A stretch of DNA of 64,000 nt from Candidatus Eiseniibacteriota bacterium (lineage in GTDB: Bacteria > Eisenbacteria > RBG-16-71-46 > JABDJR01): the NCBI GenBank assembly GCA_963762255.1, contig CAVXKA010000002.1:1312001-1376000 (forward strand). Reading direction: 5' to 3'. The notes beneath the pieces were generated by a model that was not told the origin of the DNA, ran no database searches, and worked only from the letters and a program-made list of their open reading frames with translations. This document shows, piece after piece, positions 40,601-51,345 of the stretch (its first letter is position 1; each line of letters starts with the position of its first letter). The position numbers were made by a program, and so were the translations under genes.

Positions 40601-40851
40601 GACATCGCCCAGGAATCCACGGGGGGACCATCCATCCCGTAGACGGTGTCGCGCACCTCGATCCGCGCGCCGCATACATCGGGGAACTGCCATCCGGAGG
40701 GGATGATGGGGACGAGTTCGTTCATGACCTCGTCGGGGGGCGCGTCATGGCGGCTCAGGATTTCGTCCACCCGGTAGAGGCAGGAGAATTCCTTCGCGCG
40801 CTCGCGCAACGCGAGAAGGATGTCGTCGAACGAGCGTTCGGGTTCCGTCAT
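37666..40851 (-). CDS. PEP-synthase-like nucleotide-binding (PPDK_N) protein with N-terminal GAF-like and C-terminal nucleotidyltransferase domains
   Basis: Motifs GKLGGKAAGL, IVRSSSLLED..FSGKY, GLGTRAV, DIEFA, LLQCRP; C-terminal YVIGST..ATAGPNSDIDL. Confidence 0.82.
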   Translation of the reverse strand: MTEPERSFDDILLALRERAKEFSCLYRVDEILSRHDAPPDEVMNELVPIIPSGWQFPDVCGARIEVRDTVYGMDGPPVDSWAMSADVAVQGEPAGTITVFYTERRPKSDEGPFLAEERRLIQAIADRIGLYLLQRRLRMAYQTMEAALQSGRTPDRPAWVVMIDFMRRTDPALLERVTRKMVNYLSWSGVSEVRGILQGEPGGAQGGEGGAGGENRPAARKLMRSTLELTQRVFEIAALNIGESELMSSVQGWIQEEKASFLIRTLENMDSNLGNIIEAVERYQSASVEESELPPAVQMSLRVSLLQRLFTDRLEYINLAKKHVQISDFYDLVRHVVYPPQSQGKLGGKAAGLYVADHILRRHTDQLDQFGPIKVPKTWHVASDGVLAFMRHNNLDDLYKQKYVDIERIRQDYPHIVQVFKNSQMPPEIVKGLAVVLDDFEDRPLIVRSSSLLEDRTGSAFSGKYKSLFLANQGSKRERLAALQDAIAEVYASIFGPDPIEYRAERGLLDFREEMGIMIQEVVGQRVGNYFLPAFAGVGFTNNEFRWSARIRREDGLLRLVPGLGTRAVDRIGDDYPVLVSPGQPQLRVNVSMAEVLRYCPRYVDVINLDRNAFETVDLRSLLRECREDYPMVRSIISMVDRDRLRTPSALEPDWDNDEFVVTLDGLTHETQFVAQIRTVMEILSEELGTPVDIEFAHDGKDLYLLQCRPQSYAREDAPGIIPHDLVPEDIVFSAHRFISNGRLPDITHIVYVDPAGYASLPTHKDLTDVAGVVRRLNKLLPKRQFILIGPGRWGSRGDIKLGVGVTYSDINNTAALLEVSSRKSEFAPEVSFGTHFFQDLVEAQIRYIPLYPEEPGNVFNEEFLLGSRNILPGLLPEFAGLASTVHVIDVPAHTDGRVLRVVMNGDFDEAVGFLAAPGHGPRVEGIAARSAVAPAEDHWRWRMRMAERIGATLDADHFGVKALYVIGSTKNATAGPNSDIDLVVHFTGSKGQRHDLHVWLDGWNASLAEMNYLRTGYRTEKLLDVHFVTDADITRGTTYAAKIGAVTDAARPLTLRRGGV

Positions 40852-40944
40852 GCTCTCCGCCGACGCCGCCAGGGCGGGCGCGGTTCGGGCAAACGCGCCC
40901 CGCCGCGGCGTCGAACAGGACGCTCGACGCCGCGACGGACCACT

Positions 40945-42231
40945 CTAAACCCAGCCGCGGTCGCGGCAGGCCTTGGCCACACGATCCACCGCGATCATGT
41001 AGGCCGCATCCCGCATGTAGACCTTCCGCTTGCGGGCGAGATCGCTCACCGCCTGGAACGCGGAGGTCATCTTCAGGTCGAGCTTGCCGAGCACTTCGTC
41101 CTTCTCCCAGAAGTAGTTCATGTTGCTCTGCACCTGCTCGAAGTAGCTGCACGTCACGCCGCCGGCGTTGCAGAGGAAGTCCGGGATGTTGAAGACGCCG
41201 CGCTCGTGGAGGATCTTGTCCGCCTCGGGCGTGGTCGGCCCGTTGGCGCCCTCGGCCACGATCTTCACCTTCTTGGAGATCCTGACCGCGGTTTCCGCGG
41301 TGAGCTGGTTCTCGATGGCGGCGGGGATCAGGATATCCACGTCGTAGTCGAGCCATGCGTCGCCGGGGAGCACCTCGTAGCCGAGCCCCTTGGCCTTCGT
41401 CTTGTCGATCCCGCCGAACTTGTCGGTGATCCCCTGCAGCTCGGCCAGATTCACACCGCTCTTGCGATAGTAGGTGTGCGACTCGCGGTCCTGCTGATCC
41501 CAGCAGGACACCGCGACCACGGTTCCACCGAGCTGCTGGTACAGATCGATGGCGTACTGCGCGACGTTGCCGAAGCCTTGCACGCTGGCCGTGGTCTTGG
41601 CCGCGTCCATCCCCATCTGCTTGAGCGCCTCGCGGATGGTGTAGACCACACCGTACCCGGTGGCCTCAGTGCGGCCCAGAGATCCGCCCATCCCGACCGG
41701 CTTGCCGGTGATGAAGCCGGGGGCGCGATGGCCGTGAATCGCTTCGTACTCGTCGAGCATCCAGAGCATGTGCTGCCCCGAGGTCATCACGTCGGGCGCG
41801 GGCACGTCGCTCTCCGGCCCGACATTGCGGGCGAGCTGGCGCACCCAGCCCCGGCAGATCCGCTCTTGCTCGTGCATGCTGAGGTTGTGGGGATCGCAGA
41901 CCACGCCGCCCTTGCCGCCGCCGAGCGGAATATCCACGACCGCGCACTTCCACGTCATCCACATCGACAGCGCGCGGACCGTGTCGATGGTCTCGAGCGG
42001 GTGGAAGCGGATCCCGCCCTTGCATGGCCCGCGCGCGTCGTTGTGCTGCACGCGGAAACCCCGGAAGACCTGGACGCGCCCGTTGTCCATCCGCACCGGA
42101 ATGCCGAAAGCGTACTCACGCAACGGATACCGCAGCAGCTCGCGCGTGCCCTCGTCCAGATCCAGCTTGCCCGCCACGGCGTCGAATTGCGCCTGCGCCA
42201 TGGCATAGGGATTGAACCCCTTGGTCGTCAT
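40945..42231 (-). CDS. gdhA: Glutamate dehydrogenase (Glu/Leu/Phe/Val family)
   Basis: Motifs GPCKGGIRF, GGGKGG, DVPAPD, QGFGNV, EGANGP, NAGGV. Confidence 0.93.
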   Translation of the reverse strand: MTTKGFNPYAMAQAQFDAVAGKLDLDEGTRELLRYPLREYAFGIPVRMDNGRVQVFRGFRVQHNDARGPCKGGIRFHPLETIDTVRALSMWMTWKCAVVDIPLGGGKGGVVCDPHNLSMHEQERICRGWVRQLARNVGPESDVPAPDVMTSGQHMLWMLDEYEAIHGHRAPGFITGKPVGMGGSLGRTEATGYGVVYTIREALKQMGMDAAKTTASVQGFGNVAQYAIDLYQQLGGTVVAVSCWDQQDRESHTYYRKSGVNLAELQGITDKFGGIDKTKAKGLGYEVLPGDAWLDYDVDILIPAAIENQLTAETAVRISKKVKIVAEGANGPTTPEADKILHERGVFNIPDFLCNAGGVTCSYFEQVQSNMNYFWEKDEVLGKLDLKMTSAFQAVSDLARKRKVYMRDAAYMIAVDRVAKACRDRGWV

Positions 42232-42575
42232 GTCACACCCCTCCTCATTCACGTCCCATCGTCGGAGCTTGCACGGCGGGGTCCGAGGCCGCGGTGGCCG
42301 GTGCCGCCGCCGTTCCCTCCGAGACTCACACAAAACGCGGCCAGTTTAGAGCATTCAGGGCGCCGATGCACGCGGGTCCAGACCTGAAAACGCTCCAGGG
42401 TGGACATGGCGGCGTAAAACTGATATAAGGCACAGGGCTTTTTGGGCTTGTCGTGGTCTCCACGCCCGCCGGACGGCACCCCGCCCGCCCGCCCGCCTCC
42501 CGCGGGAGACCGAAACTTCGTCCCTCTCACCTGCCGAGAGCACCAGCGCGTCGTGCGGTACCGGAGGAACCTTCA

Positions 42576-45083
<2,508 letters not shown>

Positions 45084-45087
<4 letters not shown>

Positions 45088-46587
45088 CGCGCCGCTCCCG
45101 GCCGGAGATGGCTGCGGTGGGCGCCGTAGAGCAGGTAGATGACGAGCCCCACCAGCAGCCACAGGCCGAACCGGAGCCAGGTGATCCAGGGGAGCCCCAG
45201 CGCGAGGTAAGAGGCAGGAGACGATCCCTAGGATCGGAACGACCGGCACCCACGGCGTGCGGAACGCCCTCGGCCGGTTCGGATCGCGCCGCCGCAGGAT
45301 CAGAATGCCCACGCACACCAACATGAAGGCGAAGAGAGTGCCGATGTTGGTGAGGTCCACCATCTCGTCGATGCTCGTGAACATCGAGGTCACACCCACC
45401 GCGACGCCGGTCATGATCGTGGTCACGTGAGGCGTGCGGTACTTGGGGTGGACCTTGGCGAAGACGGGCGGCAGGAGACCGTCACGCGCCATCGAGAAGA
45501 AGATGCGCGGCTGTCCGAGCTGGAACACCAGCAGAACCGCGGTGTGGGCGACCACCGAGCCGAAGGCGACGATCCCGACCGCCACGTTCCCCCAGTTCTC
45601 GATGTTGGCGTACTGGAGAGCCAGGGTGAGCGGTTCCGCCTGCTGAGTGGCCAGCGTCGCCTTCAGATCGTGATAAGGGATGATCCCTGTGAACACCGCG
45701 GCCACGATCACGTAGATGATCGTGCACACCACGAGGGAGCCGATGATCCCGATGGGAAGATCGCGCTTCGGGTTGCGCACCTCCTCCGCCACCGTGGACA
45801 CCGCGTCGAAGCCGATGTAGGCGAAGAAGACGACCGCCGCCCCGGCCTGGATCCCCGCCCACCCGTTGGGCGCGAACGGCGTCCAGTTCTCCGGTTTCAC
45901 GTAGCGCATGCCGATCAGGACGAAGAACGCGAGCACGAGGAGCTTGACGATCACCATCACCGTGGTGGTGCGCGAGCTCCCGCGGATGCCCATCACGAGC
46001 ACGATCGTGATGAGGCTCACGATCCCGATGGACAGCACGTTGACCACGATGGGGATTCCGAAGATGTGGGGCGCGTTCTCGAGGAGCCCTGGGATCCGCC
46101 CCGCGGTTCGGTAGTCGGTCGATAGCCAGTCGGGGATGTGTATCCCGAACCCGCTCACGAAGGTCTTGAAGTAGTTGGCCCAACTGATGGCGACGGCCAC
46201 GTTGCCGACCGCGTACTCGATGATGAGATCCCACCCGATGATCCACGCGACCAGCTCGCCGAGGGTGGCATAGGAGTACGTGTAGGCGCTCCCCGAGATC
46301 GGCACCATCGCCGCGAACTCCGCATAGCAGAGCGCGGCGAACCCGCAGGCGACGGCGGTGAGCACGAACGAGAGGATGAGCGCCGGTCCCGCCCCCGGGC
46401 GCGCGGCGTCGCCGGCGGCGGCGGTTCCGATGGTGGCGAAGATGCCGGCCCCGATGATGGCGCCAATCCCGAGCATCACCACATCGAAGGAGCCGAGGGC
46501 GCGCTTGAGTTGCCGCTCGGGGGCGTCCCCTTCATGCAGGAGCGCGTCCAGGTTCTTGGTGCGGAAGAACTGCTTGAGCATTCCCAT
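45084..46587 (-). CDS. APC family amino acid permease, +1 frameshift near 45210
   Basis: Motifs GAIIGAGIF, GSAYTY, FAYIGFD; C-terminus WITWLRFGLWLLVG in the shifted frame ends at TAG 45084. Confidence 0.92.
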
Positions 46588-46643
46588 CCCCCGGTCAGGA
46601 TTCGAGCGCGTCGGCGCGGAGCAGGAAGGCACGAGTGCCGGGC

Positions 46644-46652
46644 ATTCTAGCA
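46644..46652 (-). promoter_or_regulatory. Extended -10 element of the permease gene
   Basis: TGCTAGAAT on the minus strand, 57 nt upstream of the start; identical copy upstream of tricorn. Confidence 0.5.
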
Positions 46653-46760
46653 GGGGCGCAACCGGCCCGGCCTCGTGTATTCTTCGGGCCGCCGCTCCCC
46701 TTCGGGGGACGACCGCCCCGCGAGGCGGGGCAGGTTCCGTTCACGCATGGAGGCTGCCAG

Positions 46761-49700
46761 ATGATCTCGCGCCCGCTCGTGCTCGCCCTCGTCGCCGTCC
46801 TCGCGACTTCACTCGTTGCCGGAGCCTCGGCGGGGTCCACGAAGGAGGAATCGCGGCTGAAGGCCGAGACGTTCTCCGGGCTGGAGTTCCGAAGCATCGG
46901 TCCGGCCATGAACTCCGGCCGGATCGGAGATCTCGCCATCCACCCGTCGGACCCGAATACGTGGTACGTGGCAGTCGCGTCGGGGGGCGTGTGGAAGACA
47001 AGCAATGCCGGCACGACCTGGACACCCATCTTCGACAAGACCGGCTCGTATTCCATCGGGTGCGTCACCGTCGATCCGACGAACCCGCTCACGGTGTGGG
47101 TTGGCACCGGCGAGAACAACAGCCAGCGCAGCGTCGGCTACGGCGATGGCGTGTACAAGTCGGTGGACGGCGGGCGCAACTGGGAGAACATGGGCCTAAA
47201 GACCTCCGAGCACATCGGCGTGATCCTCGTCGATCCCCGCGACTCCAACATCGTGTTCGTGGCCGCGCAGGGACCGCTCTGGTCGAAGGGCGGCGATCGC
47301 GGGCTCTACCGCACCGAGGACGGCGGCAAGACGTGGAAGGCCGTGTTGGAGATCGACGCCTACACCGGCGTGAGCGACGTGATCTTCGAGCCGGGCAACC
47401 CGGACGTGATGTACGCCACGGCCTACCAGCGGCATCGCCGCGTGTGGACCCTGATCGACGGAGGGCCGGGCTGCGCGCTCTACAAGTCGGATGACGCCGG
47501 CGTCTCGTGGCGCAAGCTCGAGAACGGGCTCCCGAAGGGGGATCTGGGACGCATCGGCCTCGCGATCTCCCCCGCCAATCCGAAGATCGTCTACGCGCTC
47601 GTGGAGGCCGCCGACACGAAGAAGGACGGCTTCTACCGCTCCACAGACGCCGGCGGCAACTGGGAGAAGATGAGCGACTACCAGTCGCAGAGCCCGCAGT
47701 ACTACCAGGAGATCTACGCGGATCCGCACAATCCCGATCGCGTCTATTCGATGGACACCTGGATGCACGTGACCGAGGACGGTGGGAAGACCTTCCGCAA
47801 GGTCGGCGAGACCTACAAGCATGTGGACAATCACGCGCTCTGGATCAACCCCGACAACACCGACCACCTGATCGCCGGCTGCGACGGCGGCCTCTATCAA
47901 ACCTTCGATCGCTGCGCGACGTGGGCCTTCAGTGCCAACCTCCCCATCACCCAGTTTTACAAAGTCTGCGCGGACAGCGCCGCTCCGTTCTACAACGTCT
48001 ACGGCGGCACGCAGGACAACAACACGCTGGGCGGGCCCTCGCGCACGATCACCAACCACGGCATCATGAACTCGGACTGGTTCATCACCGTGGGCGGCGA
48101 CGGCTTCCAGAGCCAGGTCGATCCGGTGGATCCCAACATCGTCTACTCACAGTGGCAGCACGCGGGGCTCGTGCGGTTCGACAGGCGTAACGGAGAGGCC
48201 ATCGACATCCAACCCATGGCGGAACCCGGCGAGGCGCCGCTCCGTTGGAACTGGGACTCGCCGCTCGTGCTGAGCCCCCACTCGCCGACGCGCCTCTACA
48301 TCGCCGCCCAGCGGATCTTCCGCACCGACGACCGCGGAGATTCGTGGAGACCGGTGAGCCCTGATCTCACCCGCCAACTCGACCGCAATCGCCTCAAGAT
48401 CATGGATCGCGTCTGGAGCATCGACGCGGTGGCCAAGAACGCCTCGACGTCGTACTACGGCAACATCGTGTCGCTCACCGAGTCGCCGCTGGTGGAAGGG
48501 CTCCTCTACGCCGGCACCGACGACGGCCTCGTACAGGTGAGCGAGGACGGCGGCGGGAGCTGGCGCAAGGCGGAGAGCTTCCCCGGCGTGCCCGAGCTGA
48601 CCTACGTATCGCGGCTCACCGCGTCGCTCCACGACGCATCCACCGTGTACGCCGCGTTCGACAATCACAAGATGGGCGACTTCAAGCCGTACGTCTCGAA
48701 GAGCACCGATCGCGGCAAGAGTTGGAAGTCCATTGCCGGGGATCTGCCGGAGCGTGGCACGGTGTACGCGCTGGTCGAGGATCACGTGATCCCCGACCTG
48801 CTCTTCGCCGGCACCGAGTTCGGCGTCTTCTTCACCGCGGACGGCGGGAAGCGATGGGTCCAACTCAACGCAGGCATCCCGGTCATCGCGGTGCGCGACC
48901 TTGCCATCCAGCGGCGCGAGAGCGATCTCGTGGCCGGCACGTTCGGCCGCGGCTTCTACATCCTCGACGACTACTCGCCGCTGCGGTCCGCGCCCGCGGT
49001 GGTGGACAGCGCGTCCATGCTCTTCCCGGTGAAGCCGGCCTGGATGTTCATCCAATCATCGCCGATGGGCGGGCGCGAGAAGGCGAGTCTCGGCGACGCG
49101 TTCTTCACCGCGCCCAACCCGCCGTTCGGCGCGATCTTCACGTACTACCTGCGCGAGGAGATCAAGACCCGAGCCGAGAGGCGGCGGGACGCTGAGAAGG
49201 AGCTGATCAAGGCGGGCAAGGACATCTCCTACCCGGATTGGGATAGCGTGAGGGTCGAGGAACGCGAGGAGGAGCCGACTGCGATCCTCACCGTGACCGA
49301 CGACGAGGGCAACGTCGTGCGGCGCTTGACCGGTCCGGTGACCAAGGGCTTCCATCGGGTCGCATGGGATCTGCGCTACCCGGCCGCGGAGCCCATCAGC
49401 CTGAAGCCGAGGGAGGTGAACCCCTGGGACGAGCCTCCGGCCGGACCGCTCGCCTCGCCCGGTGAGTACCGCGTTTCGCTCGCCGTGCGCGTCGACGGCA
49501 AGGTGAAGTCGGTGACCGGCTCGCAGGCCTTCGACGCCCGGCCGCTCGCCACCGCGACGCTTCCGGCCAAGGACCGCGGCGCGCTGCTCGCCTTCCAGAA
49601 GGAGACGCAGCGGCTCCAGCGCGCGGTGCTGGGCGCGGTGCAGTCCGCGCGTGAGGCCAAGGACCGGCTCGCCCACCTCAAGAAGGCCATCGACGACACG

Positions 49701-50048
49701 CCCGGGGCCGATCCCGCGCTCGCCGACGACGCGCGTTCACTCGACGCGCGGCTCACCGAGCTTCTCGTGAGCCTCTCCGGTGACGACATTCTGTCGCAGC
49801 ACAACGAGCCCACGCCGCCTTCGATCGCAAGCCGCGTGCGGCGGGTCGTCGAAGGGCACTGGACCTCGACCTCCGACGCCACGAAGACGCATCATCGCGC
49901 CTACGAGATCGCCGCGGCCGAGTTCGGCGGCGTGCTCGCGCAGCTCCGCACGCTGGTGGAGACGGATCTGCGCGGGCTTGAAGAGCGCGCCGAGAAGGCC
50001 GGAGCGCCGTGGACGCCGGGGCGCGTGCCGGAGTGGAAGCCGGAGTAG
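46761..50048 (+). CDS. Secreted VPS10/BNR-repeat beta-propeller protein
   Basis: Signal peptide; many SxDGGxxW Asp-box repeats; helical C-terminus. Confidence 0.88.
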   Translation: MISRPLVLALVAVLATSLVAGASAGSTKEESRLKAETFSGLEFRSIGPAMNSGRIGDLAIHPSDPNTWYVAVASGGVWKTSNAGTTWTPIFDKTGSYSIGCVTVDPTNPLTVWVGTGENNSQRSVGYGDGVYKSVDGGRNWENMGLKTSEHIGVILVDPRDSNIVFVAAQGPLWSKGGDRGLYRTEDGGKTWKAVLEIDAYTGVSDVIFEPGNPDVMYATAYQRHRRVWTLIDGGPGCALYKSDDAGVSWRKLENGLPKGDLGRIGLAISPANPKIVYALVEAADTKKDGFYRSTDAGGNWEKMSDYQSQSPQYYQEIYADPHNPDRVYSMDTWMHVTEDGGKTFRKVGETYKHVDNHALWINPDNTDHLIAGCDGGLYQTFDRCATWAFSANLPITQFYKVCADSAAPFYNVYGGTQDNNTLGGPSRTITNHGIMNSDWFITVGGDGFQSQVDPVDPNIVYSQWQHAGLVRFDRRNGEAIDIQPMAEPGEAPLRWNWDSPLVLSPHSPTRLYIAAQRIFRTDDRGDSWRPVSPDLTRQLDRNRLKIMDRVWSIDAVAKNASTSYYGNIVSLTESPLVEGLLYAGTDDGLVQVSEDGGGSWRKAESFPGVPELTYVSRLTASLHDASTVYAAFDNHKMGDFKPYVSKSTDRGKSWKSIAGDLPERGTVYALVEDHVIPDLLFAGTEFGVFFTADGGKRWVQLNAGIPVIAVRDLAIQRRESDLVAGTFGRGFYILDDYSPLRSAPAVVDSASMLFPVKPAWMFIQSSPMGGREKASLGDAFFTAPNPPFGAIFTYYLREEIKTRAERRRDAEKELIKAGKDISYPDWDSVRVEEREEEPTAILTVTDDEGNVVRRLTGPVTKGFHRVAWDLRYPAAEPISLKPREVNPWDEPPAGPLASPGEYRVSLAVRVDGKVKSVTGSQAFDARPLATATLPAKDRGALLAFQKETQRLQRAVLGAVQSAREAKDRLAHLKKAIDDTPGADPALADDARSLDARLTELLVSLSGDDILSQHNEPTPPSIASRVRRVVEGHWTSTSDATKTHHRAYEIAAAEFGGVLAQLRTLVETDLRGLEERAEKAGAPWTPGRVPEWKPE

Positions 50049-50069
50049 TCGCGCGGTTCGTTCGCACGG

Positions 50070-50097
50070 ACGGGCGGGGCTGCGGCCCCGCCCGTTT
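50070..50097. terminator. Hairpin terminator between convergent genes
   Basis: ACGGGCGGGGC-tgcg-GCCCCGCCCGT-TT. Confidence 0.7.
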
Positions 50098-50109
50098 GCA
50101 GTACAGGTC

Positions 50110-51171
50110 CTAGTGGACGTGCTGCTCCCCGTCCAGCGGCGCCGTCATCCACAAATTCCAATCGTCGTCGGGGAGGAGCTGCAGCCCGCTCATATCGTAC
50201 TGGCCTCGGTTGATGTCATACGCGTCGTACCAACCCGCCGCGAACTCGTAGACCTCGCCGCTCTCGGGGTCGTAGACGCGCTCCACGCCGCGATAGCCGT
50301 CGGTCCACTTTTCGGCCGTGATGTCCTCGGTGTGCGACCGCCCCTGCCAGCCTTCCCATAGGATGTCCGAGGCCTCGCTCAACGTTCGGCCCGCCTCGGC
50401 GACCGCACCCCAGATCTGCGCCGACTCATCCAGGCAGTCCTGCACGTATCCCTGGGTGATCGTGAAGGTGTTGAGCGACGCAACGAGACGATCGATCGCG
50501 TCGGGGAACTCGCCCTTGGGCATGGTCGCTCCGCAGATGAAATAGCCGTAGCCGTTCCCCCCCGCGGGATTGCCGGTGAAAGGCGAAAAGGGAACCACGG
50601 TGACGAGGAACATCCCCTCCCCCACCGCGCCGTCCTGCGTGAACAGACCGCGCAGGATGGCGGTGGAGCCGCCGGGAAGCATATCGTCCTGAGGATCGAC
50701 CGCCACCACCTTGAGATCGCGCAGCTTGGGGAACCTGGACATGAACGCGGTGGCGGCGGCCATGTCCGCGATTTGCGGCCAATGCGCCAGGTAGTTCTCC
50801 GGCGTGAACGGGTCCACCACCGGCGCGTCGATCCAGGGTATGGGATAGCCACTCGCACCGACGTACTCCTCGTCGATGTCCTTCTGCGCCTGGCTCATGT
50901 ACACCGGACCCACGCTGCCGAAGTAGTAGATCTGGCGCATCGGGTTCGCGGGGTCGTAGGCGAGGAGGGCGAAGGTGGTGCAACGGCCCGAGGTGACGAG
51001 GGTCCACCCCTTTGGTTTGTCGATGGAGAAGAAGCCGGCGTCGAAATGCTCCAGGGGGAGGTCGCCGTCCGAGGGCGGGCCCGTGGAGTTGCCTCCACCG
51101 CAGCCGAGGCCGAGCATCAACCCAACGATACAGATCAAGAAAACGTGGCGGCCAAGGACGATTCTACGCAT
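50110..51171 (-). CDS. Lipoprotein of unknown function
   Basis: Lipobox LGLGC; host-like codon usage; TATAAT upstream on the minus strand (about 51218-51223). Confidence 0.75.
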   Translation of the reverse strand: MRRIVLGRHVFLICIVGLMLGLGCGGGNSTGPPSDGDLPLEHFDAGFFSIDKPKGWTLVTSGRCTTFALLAYDPANPMRQIYYFGSVGPVYMSQAQKDIDEEYVGASGYPIPWIDAPVVDPFTPENYLAHWPQIADMAAATAFMSRFPKLRDLKVVAVDPQDDMLPGGSTAILRGLFTQDGAVGEGMFLVTVVPFSPFTGNPAGGNGYGYFICGATMPKGEFPDAIDRLVASLNTFTITQGYVQDCLDESAQIWGAVAEAGRTLSEASDILWEGWQGRSHTEDITAEKWTDGYRGVERVYDPESGEVYEFAAGWYDAYDINRGQYDMSGLQLLPDDDWNLWMTAPLDGEQHVH

Positions 51172-51293
51172 GTCGCGAACCCTTCATGGATTCGGAGCAC
51201 GGGGTGGTACGGGGCGCATTATACGCCGGAGGCGCGCGGCGCGCACGCCCGCGGCGACAATCCCCCGCCGGCGCTTCGGGCCCGCGCCAAAGA

Positions 51294-51325
51294 CGAAGCC
51301 CCGGCCGTTCCCGACCGGGGCTTCG
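51294..51325 (-). terminator. Terminator downstream of tricorn
   Basis: CGAAGCCCCGG...CCGGGGCTTCG followed by TCTTT on the minus strand. Confidence 0.7.
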
Positions 51326-51345
51326 CATAACGGCTCAGACCGCGA

